A stretch of DNA of 62,518 bases, counting the filler, from Globobulimina sp. (taxonomy: Eukaryota): NCBI GenBank assembly GCA_003354225.1. It is 22 parts of 22 records of this genome, joined end to end, with 100 filler letters (N's around TTAATTAATTAA, not from the genome) between each part and the next. Parts side by side here need not be neighbours in the genome. Positions count along the whole stretch, not along the records: positions 22,778 to 25,524 come from PIVH01005091.1; positions 25,625 to 28,370 come from PIVH01005092.1; positions 28,471 to 31,216 come from PIVH01005093.1; positions 31,317 to 34,062 come from PIVH01005094.1; positions 34,163 to 36,908 come from PIVH01005095.1; 17 more parts are not named here. One strand, given 5' to 3'. Positions within the stretch are counted from its first letter, which is position 1. The number at the start of each line of letters is the position of its first letter. The notes beneath the pieces are model-generated. The model searched no databases. It was not told the DNA's origin and saw only the letters and a program-made list of their open reading frames with translations. Positions 23,035 through 35,254 of the stretch are shown piece after piece. The position numbers and the translations under genes were made by a program.

Positions 23035-25524
23035 ATGGCAGCAGAAGCAAAAAAAAATAAACTGAAATGGAGTATTGATGTTTATAATCGATTGTTATGG
23101 GATGACACATTGGTTTTAGATAAATCCCTGATAGAAATAATCCATCATGTATGCAAATGCACCAATACCCTTCAATTAATTTACAAAACTGATTTATTCC
23201 AAATTTATGCAGGACAGATATGAAAAACTAAAATCTATAAAATTTACAAAGTGGATATCTATCGATGAAGGAGGGGATATCCCATTTCATAGAATTGCAC
23301 AGTTCAAATATAACAATCTTATTTTATGGGATAGAAAGCAAAGAATTGATAATCTCAACGCAAATTCAGGACGAACTACTTTGGATTTTCGTTTTATTCA
23401 ACAATCAATTTATCACAACACGGATAGCAACAAACAAACACAAAATAATATTATTAGTAATGATATAAACCGGTATCAAGATCCTATGCACATAGATACT
23501 TCAGAATATGTCGCCGATTCTCAGTTTCTAAGTTTATTGGAAATGGAACCAAAAAACGTGTCATCACTGTACAAGACATTAAACACAATGATAGATAATG
23601 CCTTTCTCAGTAAAAGACCAAATAACATTGAAAGATTAGCAAGAAATTTGAGCATTAAATATTTATCATATATTGATTCAATGAAGCCACACAAATATTA
23701 TTTATTTGGTTCAGCAAAAATAGGATTAGATTCACATAAATCCGACTTAGATATAAAAATTGAGCCATCCAAACACCACAAAATATCAACACGCGATGAC
23801 TGCCTTCAGTTATTAAACCAAATAAAATCTGAATTTTTGCAGCAACAATCACTACAATACAGTTTGCAGCAAAATATCAGCAATGCTCTGGACACAACTT
23901 TTATTAATATTACATTGGATGACTTTCAAAATGATGAAATTGCAGAGTTGCAAAGCAAAATCACTGCGGAAAATAACACGATCCATAGAATTATTGTTGA
24001 AAGCTCACGTATTTCGATCGGAGATGGTGTGATACCACGTTGTATGGTTGAATATATTGTGAAAGTCATAGCGTCTAAATCCATTCTCATAAAAAAGTTT
24101 AAAATATTGATGGATATTACGGTCAGTATTGATATAAGCGGCAATGAAGAAGTTAGAGATAAACATTTAGGAAATTGGGTGGATAAATTTTGTGTTTCCA
24201 ATGAAGATAAAAGGATTCATAAATTTTTATTTGCCGTGAAATTATGGGCACAACATTTTAAAGTCAATGTAAGCACTTCATCAACAATAAATGGCTATGG
24301 CTGGATCCATATTGCTTTGTTTTTATTGACTTCCAATTATAAACAAAAACAAATATATGAGAACGAGCATGTTAATGAAAGAAAAGATTATGAATCAATG
24401 TATTCAGATATTTGTATACCGCACGAGATAAGCTGTGGTAAATTATTTATTTCATTTATCTCAATGCTTCATTTATGGATATGTTTTGATGAAAAAACCG
24501 AAGAGAATCCAGCAAAGATTGTGCGCGATGGAATGAATGTGATCACAGGAGAATGGATTAACAATTTTAAACACTATGCTTTATTTGTATTGGATCCATT
24601 TTATCAAAGTGAGAATTTAGCAAACAACTTAACAAAATGTGTGCGAAATAGAAGAGGAATACCATTGCTAATTAAAGCTATTAAATCTAGCATCCAACAG
24701 CTACAGTTTGCTGCGCATGAATCTGTAAAATGTAATTACCATTCCATTGGGAAACATATTCAATTCTTTGATGATGCTGAAAAACGAACAATTATCGTTG
24801 ATGACAGTGATGAAACAAAAGAAGAAGAAGAGGAAGAGGAAGATATTGAGGATGGTTTTGTGAAATATTATTCATGGAAACAACTTTGTAATTTTCAATT
24901 AAATTTACCACAAAGAAAATGGATGCAACACAACAACTGTAATAAGAGGAAAACAAATGATTCAGATTCAGTTATTACAATTTGTGAATTTAACTGTTTA
25001 GCACAGGATCTTACCTCTGGAGAAAAGGCGCATTATCAATTTAAAACGGATGAAAAATATTTGCGATGGAACTACAGATCAAAGCGAATATTGTATGAAA
25101 TATTGCAGTATAAATGTGATATTATATGTCTTTGTGAAGTGGACGCGAAACACTTTGAGAATTTTTATTATCCGAACCTAACAAAATCGGTATTTAAATA
25201 TGACGGATTGTTTTTGAATAAGAATAAGCCGGATACTTATAAAGGAAATAAGAGATCGCGAGGTAGAGTGCCAAAAGACGGCGTGGCGATATTTTGGAAC
25301 AGTTTAAAGTTTGCATGCTATGACAAATATGAATGTGTTTTGGGGAAAGAAAATAAAAGTTACCATATTGCATTGGGCGTGAAATTAAAATATAAAATTG
25401 GCGATAAAGTATCTGCCGCGTTTGATGTTTGGTGCACACATTTAAAAGCGGGGAGAAATAATAAAGCAGAAAATTGGAGATTGGCACAGGTGAATTCTTT
25501 ATTATATTCTATGCGAAAGTATTC
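23035..25524 (+). CDS. MJ1316 domain + Cid1/PAP-type nucleotidyltransferase + nocturnin/CCR4-like EEP phosphatase fusion, 3'-partial
   Basis: Exon 23035-23148, intron 23149-23212, then exon 2. MJ1316: DVYNRLLWD...DRY...DIPFHRI...LWDRKQRID. NTase: LFGSAKIGLDSHKSDLDI, VKLWAQ, INGYGW, VLDPFYQSENLA. EEP: FNCLAQDL, LRWNYR, DIICLCEVD, DGVAIFW, THLKAG...RLAQ. Confidence 0.85.
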
Positions 25525-25864
25525 NNNNNNNNNNNNNNNNNNNNNNNNNNNNNNNNNNNNNNNNNNNNTTAATTAATTAANNNNNNNNNNNNNNNNNNNN
25601 NNNNNNNNNNNNNNNNNNNNNNNNTTGATTTCCCGCCGGGCTACATCGATTTTGTCGGCGATCTTCTGAAGCCTCGCCTGGTAAGGCGACCGTACGGAAG
25701 AAGGAAAATAGGTCGTATTGTTGACCAGTTCCATTGTCTGCTCGTAAAGCTTCAACTGCTGCTGTGCTTCAGCCGTTTTCTGTTCGGCAGCCAGGCGTCG
25801 CGTTTGGGAAGCAAAACCATCGGCAATCTCGGGAAACAATCCACCCAGATCGATCCCACTCTAA

Positions 25865-27165
<1,301 letters not shown>

Positions 27166-27369
27166 TTGTTTTTGTAAATGTGTGTTTGAAGTAAATTGTT
27201 TAATTTTGCATTGAAATTGTTATTGAATTGAATTAAATTAAATACAGTCATTGTTTCATGTCGATACTTGATAGCAAATATGCTGATTAATAGGCATTCT
27301 AAGCAAGAAACAAGGAACATTCGATTATTTCGATATACAGTAAATACACATTTTATTTATTAAAAATAT

Positions 27370-28359
27370 TTAATAATTCGTTTTGCGGGTCTGTTTTAAC
27401 AAATGTTTGCCGACATACATTGGATTCCTGTCCACTTTGGATTTATTAATTTTATTATTGTCGGTATCCGCCGCATCCACGATTGCATTACAAATCTTAT
27501 TTAGCAACTCGAGCGACAATAAATCATCAAACTCCGCAAACCAATTCGATGGTAATTGCAATAAACACTTTTCATCCTCAAACAATTCAAACGGTAACGA
27601 ATTATTCCGCCGATCCAATGTTTCAAAGCTAAAATCATGTCCATTTTTTACATTTTTTATGTCCTTTCCTTGCGTAGCATTCTTTTGTTGATTATTCCAC
27701 GCATTGCTCACATATCGCACCGCTAATTCAACGCAGGCGACACTTATATGTTCAGTTGCATTCATAACAATATTCACTAATTTTAACGAGTCGTACACAA
27801 AAAACCATGCAATCTTGAAATAAAACTGTAAAATCTCGGCTTGTTTTTGCTTCCCTTTCGAAAGCAAATACTTTTTATGATATTTCCAATGATTTAAAAT
27901 GAGGGGAAAATAATCAAATGGTTGTTGGACATCAAAATCAAATTCCAAGGTTTGCAATAATAGCAATTCTTTATTGATTATTTTGGAGCATTCTTCCTGT
28001 GACAATACTTTTGTTTTGCTGTTTAATCGCGGATTGGGCGCTTTTTTATAGAATTTGAAATAAAACGAGGTCTCCACCACTTCGATTAATCGCTTTCGAT
28101 CTTCTTCGCATTTGGACGCAAAATACAAACAGGCGGTGGCCACGTCATATTTGTCATGGACTTTTAATGAGCGGCGAAAATAAAAAATGTGAAAATAAAT
28201 GCATGCGCTGCAAAGTGTGGTGTATTTTAATTTTAATTGGTGACCGCAGCGCAAGATAAACGAGACGGCGCGTGCTCGGCATCGGAACTCCTCTTCTTGC
28301 GACACTTTGTGATTTCGTGAAGGTGTGTTTTCTAAATCTTCTAAAGTAAAGTATTTCAT
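27370..28359 (-). CDS. Transcriptional cyclin (cyclin T/K/L class)
   Basis: Cyclin box: RARAVSFILRCGHQLKL...ACIYFHIFY...VATACLYFASKCEE...ELLLLQTLEFDFDVQQP. Confidence 0.85.
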   Translation of the reverse strand: MKYFTLEDLENTPSRNHKVSQEEEFRCRARAVSFILRCGHQLKLKYTTLCSACIYFHIFYFRRSLKVHDKYDVATACLYFASKCEEDRKRLIEVVETSFYFKFYKKAPNPRLNSKTKVLSQEECSKIINKELLLLQTLEFDFDVQQPFDYFPLILNHWKYHKKYLLSKGKQKQAEILQFYFKIAWFFVYDSLKLVNIVMNATEHISVACVELAVRYVSNAWNNQQKNATQGKDIKNVKNGHDFSFETLDRRNNSLPFELFEDEKCLLQLPSNWFAEFDDLLSLELLNKICNAIVDAADTDNNKINKSKVDRNPMYVGKHLLKQTRKTNY

Positions 28360-28470
28360 TCCGACGGTATNNNNNNNNNNNNNNNNNNNNNNNNNNNNNN
28401 NNNNNNNNNNNNNNTTAATTAATTAANNNNNNNNNNNNNNNNNNNNNNNNNNNNNNNNNNNNNNNNNNNN

Positions 28471-30391
28471 ATTATTCAAAAAAATCGGAAAATATTGCAC
28501 TTCAATTTAATTTCTGCTACAAAATATTAGCAATAATTCTTGTTTTTGCTGCATTCTTCTTATTAATTACTGGTATTACAGAGGGTAAAAAAGGTGTAGA
28601 CACTGCGGGAACCTTTACATTCGCATTGGTTATGATTGCAATGGTAATCGCAAATGCCATTGGTATGTAACTACACATCAAACTCAACAAAACAGAGATA
28701 AAAATATATGCGCATTTGTTTCAGGAATGGCAGATTATAAATATTCGTGTTGGAATAAATGCTTTTCCAAAGTATTCAATTTCAGTCCAAATAAATGCTG
28801 TAAGATTGCCTATTATATTGCAGTTGGAATAGTTATTATTATTTTATTATTTGTAACATATTCACCAAATGATGTTGGCCAAACTGTGGAAAATGTATTA
28901 TTGATTGCATTCTGTTTAAGTTTGTTATTGTCGATATTTAATACTTTATCATTAATGATGGCATTTAGTATATTTTTTTCTTTATTTTGTTGTTTAATTT
29001 GGGTTGCTGCGAAAAAGAATGTTGACCAGGAACACGGAACTAAATTTTTATTGTACTCGTTTCCGATAATATTCATAATTTGCATTTATTTCGGTATTAT
29101 ATGTTGTCGTAAACCAAAAGTATATCTTCGCGAACACGTCGGTTATAATGTATTATGCGGTTTGTTGAGCATTTTAAATCGTGCAAGTAATGTGGTTGTA
29201 TTTTTTATTTGGCTCTCAAGCAAAAAGGCAGCATTTACTGCAGTATTCCAATTATTTTTAATTATATTTACTGCCGTTATATCGACCGTATTTGTTCAAT
29301 ATAACCCAGCAAATAACGGTAACAAAGCTGTAGTATTAGAGGATGATGAAAATGACAGTGAAAAGATGAAAAAGTATTTTTGTTTAGGCAAATTTTTTAC
29401 ATTTTTAGGTTGGGGACGTCTATGGTTCGAAGCAGTGACTTGGGATAGAAATGTAAACCGAGATAATATTATTAATGGTTATCACGCCATTAAAATATAT
29501 GAATTAATATTTGAATGTTTCCCCTCATTGGCACTACAAATTATTGTTTGTATTGCAATATTTGTGCATGAAACGGTTATCGTATCAATTATTATTTGTA
29601 TATGCTACGTTACAGTAATTTTACTTGGCATAGTTTATGACGAATTATATCCACAGCCCATGGAAGCAAAAGATAAAATTGTTGTTGTCAGAGTAATTTC
29701 TGCCTCCTGCGATCCAGCAGTAACCATTCAAGCACCGAGAGCTGGCCATGGGACAGATACAGATGGCGCAGTTGGGACAATTGGTGGTGGCGGCACAGAG
29801 TATGGCAGTGTGCAGCGAGAGTTGGATGTGGGAATTGATGGAAATATGTATAAAGTTGATGCGAATTCGAGATTAAAAAATTGTTGTTCAACATTTGGAT
29901 TTATGGTATTTATATGGAGTGATTTTCTTATTCGAATAATACCGTTATGGGCATTAACGAGACACGGTGCGGTTGTCATTGTTTATGTGATTATATTATT
30001 CATATTTGATATGGTTTTATATTGGAGAATGGTTGCAAAAGGAAAAGGACTTCGGTTGAATAAGTGTGTGGATATTTTATTGTTTGGATGGACTGGGATC
30101 ATAAGTTGTAGTTATTATTTATTGGCAACAATGGATATTAAATATGTTTCGAGTGTTGCGGATAAGAAGGGTTTATTGATTGAACTTTGGTTGCGGATCA
30201 TATTAAATGTGGTTGTTGCATTGATTGGAAATAACTATGTTTCAGAAGTGTTAGCTCTAATATTTATTTGCAGTTTATTAAGTAATTTAATATCTGGCTA
30301 TAAATTGTTATTTGGATTTTGTTGTCAACGTAAAAATGGTGTGGTGCAACAAGAACAGCAGCAGCAAGTCCAGCAACATCAAGATGTATAA
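28471..30391 (+). CDS. XK-related-like multi-pass membrane protein, 5'-partial and spliced
   Basis: An upstream exon (...VIANAIG) joins through intron 28663-28724. Many TM segments; ELIFECFPSLALQI resembles the XK-family E..P...LQ motif. Confidence 0.55.
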
Positions 30392-31063
30392 ACATGAATA
30401 TAAGTACATATTAGCTTTAGTTTAAGTATTAATGTTACAGTACCTTTTAGTTTATATTAGATTAATGGTTTTTATCATTGTTTTGTTCAATTTACCAACA
30501 AACTTTTTACATTCACTGTTCATAATGCCTAAATTTACCAACAAACACTACCCATATTGTTCAATCTTATCCATAAATATATTTATTCTTTTATAAAAAA
30601 AATATGTGAAAACTTCAATAAAAATATAACAATTATGCGATTCTGCGAAAAATCGTTGCAGCTGCAAAACTAAATTTTTTGAAAACTAAATTGTGATAAA
30701 TTTAGAGAAAGGTTCCTTTTTACATTTGAAAGCAACGTAATATGGATATCAAACATTGAAATGACGTAAATTCAAATTTAAAATAGTGTCATTTACAAAA
30801 GTTAAATTTGACTAAAATTTGTCAAGTTTTCGCAAAAAATCGTTAATTTTAGCTTAATTTTGACCATTAAAATGGCGTTAACTCAAACTCAATACCTCGT
30901 CGCCAAAGTTGACTTTAATCCCGAGCAGGTGAGCCAGTAAGTGTTGTCTGTGCCAAGTATCAGCTCTGAAAAATGTTTTGTCTTGGAGTTATTAAGCACT
31001 GAAGAAAAAAAAACCTCGGTACTTTCAAACTGTAATAATTATTTAGTTTCAAACTATGACAAT

Positions 31064-31215
31064 TAAAATAGTTTCAAACTGAATAATAATTCAGTTTCCG
31101 TCGCAATTTACGCGCCTTTTACAAAAGGACCGGGGGCTTCGCCCCCCGGTACCTTTTGTAAAAGGCGAATATTCAGATTCAAACTGAATTATTTATTCAG
31201 TTTGAAACTATTTTA
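31064..31215. repeat. Nested/branched palindrome (MITE-like or hairpin element) at the contig end
   Basis: Outer arms 31064-31097 and 31181-31215 (1 indel). Inner arms CGCCTTTTACAAAAGG 31113-31128 and 31152-31167. GC-rich apex CCGGGGGC-TTC-GCCCCCCGG. Confidence 0.9.
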
Positions 31216-31549
31216 TNNNNNNNNNNNNNNNNNNNNNNNNNNNNNNNNNNNNNNNNNNNNTTAATTAATTAANNNNNNNNNNNNNNNNNNNNNNNNNNNN
31301 NNNNNNNNNNNNNNNNATAAAAATAAAAAACTGAAAGTAAGTACTAACTCAAAAACTTCAAAATTGAATGGCTGTTATCTTTGCCAAAAAATAAGCAGGC
31401 AAATTCCTAATGCTAATTCCATCCATGTATGTTAGTGAAGTACTTTATGTAAAAATATAAAGAAGTTTAAAGGAACTTTTTTTCTTTTTTTTTCTTTTCC
31501 AAATAAATCCAACTAGTTCCATATTAAGTAAACAAAACCCATGGGAAGC

Positions 31550-32436
31550 TCAAAAAATTCGCTTTTCCCAAGGGGATAAATAATTTATATCCATTGGTGA
31601 TTGTACGTGAAACACTGATTTGATATTCAACAATTTTATTTGTTGTAATTCAAATAAACGAGTACCAGAATGAATAAATATTTTAATTCTCCGATTCATT
31701 CCATCTGCTTTTTGACTTTCATTAACAACATATTTGGCATTTTTTAAAAATAATCCATGCAGTTTATATGGTAAACATTTCAAAGCATAAACATATTTTT
31801 TGTGCAAATGTGAAGATGGATCAATTTGAGGGTTAAATACTATCGAAATAATATTACAGTCGCTGCGATCTATAATATATTTTGTTAGCATCAACGCGCC
31901 AGTCCCACCCATACAATTTCCAATAAAAATTATGTTTCTATAACACCGATCGCCAATAATTCGTAGCAAATTGCATGCAATTTCACGCCATCCGTTAAAT
32001 TCTCCATTACTGTCATAAGTGTACCATGACATTCCAGTGCAATCAATGAGGAATAACATATCAAACGCGTCAGTTTTATCATTTAATTTGAGTGATTTTA
32101 AGGCAGCTCAAATCTGGAAAATCCACCAACTCGGATAGCAGCACCAGAAAAACATACAATTAAAGAAGGTTGCCGAGGAGTATAGGTTTTGATTATATTC
32201 AGAGTTTGTTGCAAATTATAACCAGTGCTGGACTCATATGGATACCATACATATCTGTTTTCCTCTAATTTTATTAACGGTTCTCTCACTATGAAGGCTA
32301 GTTTGGCTACAATACCAATGGGAAACAGTGAATTTGTTTCATTCATTGTTGAAGAGATACATTTTATGTAGATTTTCAACAATGGAAATATCATTAATAA
32401 AAATGCAAATGCTGCAATTACAATCCAATGTATCAT
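31550..32436 (-). CDS. Membrane-anchored alpha/beta-hydrolase-like protein with an internal frameshift
   Basis: N-terminal TM segment and LIVCFSG...RFE, a frame break near 32100, then LKSLK...DMLFLID...WY...IIFIGNCMGGTGAL (nucleophile elbow carrying Cys). Confidence 0.6.
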
Positions 32437-32530
32437 CGCCAGTGTGATCTGTTGTCATTTAATAGATTGATTCCATATTGATGCGATGCTGAGTATTGAG
32501 TGACTAAACAGTTTTTTATGTAGCTGAATA

Positions 32531-34062
32531 ATGAGCATTACATTATCAGCACGTTGCAAGCAAATCTATGTCATAGGAAAACAGAATAATGACGCAAATG
32601 ATGAAAGTCATGAAACACACTTTTCGAAATACAACTATTATGCACAACATCCAGCTTACAAATTAATTTCAGAAATAGGATGGGATAAATTCTATTACAA
32701 TCTAATTGAATCAGTCAACTCACACAAAAAAATACGAATTATCCAAGATAAAGAATGTGAAAATCAATATGAATTATTTAATTATGTCGGATCTTTTAAA
32801 GATTGGAATGAATATAATATACTTTGCAGAGGAATGATTTTAGATTTATCAACCAAACAAATTGTCGCTGTTTCTTTTCCCAAATTTTTTAATTTTATAG
32901 AACATGATGAAAATATTCAACAATATATTTGTGACAAATTCAACTCAAATATTGATCATAAAGAAAAAGAAGAAGAGCACAAAGAGCAGAAAATGAGCGG
33001 TGATAACAATTACATTTTTGAGAAAATGGATGGTTCATTGGGTATTTGTTTCTATTGTCAATATGCCAAAAGATGGAGAGTTATAACCCGAGGCTCATTT
33101 ATTTCCTCTCAATCAAAATGGGCAAATAATTATATTTTAGATAAAAAACTGCAATTCTTTGAGAAGGGACATACGTATTTATTTGAAATCATCTATAAAG
33201 AAAATAAAATCGGCGTTGATTATGGAAAGTATGAAGGCTTAGTATTATTAGCTGCGTATAATGACAATGGGTATGAATATCAGTATAAATATTTACAATC
33301 CATTGCGGAGAAAATGGACTTTAAAATTGCGGAATGTTTCAACAATGATTATAAAAACATTGAGGACTTATTGGCAGCGCAGAAATTGATCGATAACAAT
33401 CGAGAAGGATTCGTATTATGTTTGTCGAATGGATTTAGAATTAAATTCAAAGGCGAAGAATATTTAAATATGATTAAACATAAAAAATATTTTGGTAGCA
33501 GTGCCATTGGAAAACATATTAAAACTCAGATTATTGAAAATGGAATGTTTATTAAAGAGGATATTTTAAAAAAATATGACGAAGAGTTTCATGTTGAGAT
33601 AGAAAACGTTTTTAATAAAATTTATGAACATTTTATAAAGTCGACACGAGAATGTGTTGAAGATTTGTTACTAACAAATAATTTGTCTAAGAATCAATTG
33701 TTAAAATATGAGAAGGAATTAAATAATTCGGGAAAATTTATTGTAAGAGCCAGAAAAATATGTGATGCGAATTTATGGAAATTATTTTTGGTTAAAAAAT
33801 CCAATAAGAAAGCATTGGGAAAAGCTGTTAATAAAATTAGTAATGAGTTGGCAGCCAAGAAAGCAAAATTCCGAATTGATATTGGTTGCAAATGTGACGG
33901 CCCCACTGGGCGTAAAACACTACTCAATATGCCTGCATTCATTGTATCACTGATTCATCAATTCACCGCAACTAAACAAAATAAAATAAAATTTGGTTTA
34001 TCAGCAAATTGTGCGTTTGTATTACGCGTTTTTAAGTATCAAATAAATTTAGAAGCGAAACA
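32531..34062 (+). CDS. T4 Rnl1-family ATP-dependent RNA ligase, 3'-partial
   Basis: LFNY, CRGMILD, FPKFFN, motif I EKMDGSLG, TRGSFIS, motif III YLFEII, LVLLAAY, motif IV REGFVL, motif V RIKFKGEEY. Confidence 0.9.
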
Positions 34063-34162
34063 NNNNNNNNNNNNNNNNNNNNNNNNNNNNNNNNNNNNNN
34101 NNNNNNTTAATTAATTAANNNNNNNNNNNNNNNNNNNNNNNNNNNNNNNNNNNNNNNNNNNN

Positions 34163-35174
34163 GGCTTTGAAACCGTCTCTGAAAATGGCGCCAAAAAGCG
34201 GCGATCCAAACGTTTACGCGATGTGCGAACCCGCAAAGAAGAAGACACAAACACTGAAACTGAATCTGAATCCGAATCCCATTCTGATCACAATCCACCA
34301 AAATCAAACAAAAAACGCAAACGTAAACCCACCGACGATGAGAAATCACCGCCAAAGTTAAACTTCCCCAAAACATATTTATTCAAATCGCATGCATAAA
34401 ATTCCCAGGAAAAAGCCGAAAAAAACATTATCCAAAAAAGCAAATAGCCAAAATGTGGTAAAAAACCCGTCATTTACACGCAAAGCCGACTCATTAAAAA
34501 AAATCGGCATCGCTTACACCAAATCATCACCAAAAAGAAGCACAAAAACAGCCAAATTGCATTATAAATCGCAGCGAAAATACCAAGATAAGCTGTATAA
34601 ATGGCATGGAAACGGTAAGTATAAATTGGCGGAGATATTAGGTCACAAATTAGAGCGTGATATGGAAGTTGTTTTAGCAGATTGTGAGGAGGATCGTATG
34701 TGGTATGCGAGTATCAATTATGCGCCGATTCAAGCTATGATGGAGGAGGACGCCAATGAGATTGGCGAGGATTTGAAGGAGAAGGAGAGCGATATGGAGG
34801 CGGAGGAGGCGGCGCATGACGAAGATGACGATGTGAGTGTACAGTCTGTGCAGATGGTGGGTGTTGGCAGCGGTGATGGTGCGGAGAGGCCGCAGTTGTG
34901 TTTTGGCAAATTACTGTTTGAGTGCAAGTGGGAGGACTGGGGGGAGAGTAGTTGGGAGTGTTGGGACAGGATCAGTGGGACGAAGGTGTTTGGACAGTAT
35001 GTGGAGGCAAAGGGTGGCGAGGGATTGGTGGCAGGCAATGAGTTGTTGAGTACGATTCATTTGCATGGCGAGGAGGAGTTGCATGGCTTGGTGATGAATA
35101 TTGCGTTGTTTGGCAATCCTACGACGAGGAAGGCGTTGAAAATGATGGTGAGTAAGGAATTAAGTGTTTGGTAG
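34163..35174 (+). CDS. Basic nuclear protein with a split chromo-like domain, 5'-partial, frameshift near 34370
   Basis: The K/R-rich upstream frame from 34163 needs a +1 shift at CCCCAAAA to join ORF 34392-35174. YKLAEILGHK...[acidic insert]...LLFECKWEDWGESSWECWDRI. Confidence 0.55.
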
Positions 35175-35254
35175 TTAGTGTCGGACGTTTGGTTGGATTG
35201 TTTTTTTGTATTTCGTTTTTTATTTTTTTTATGCACAAACTGCAGAATATGTTA

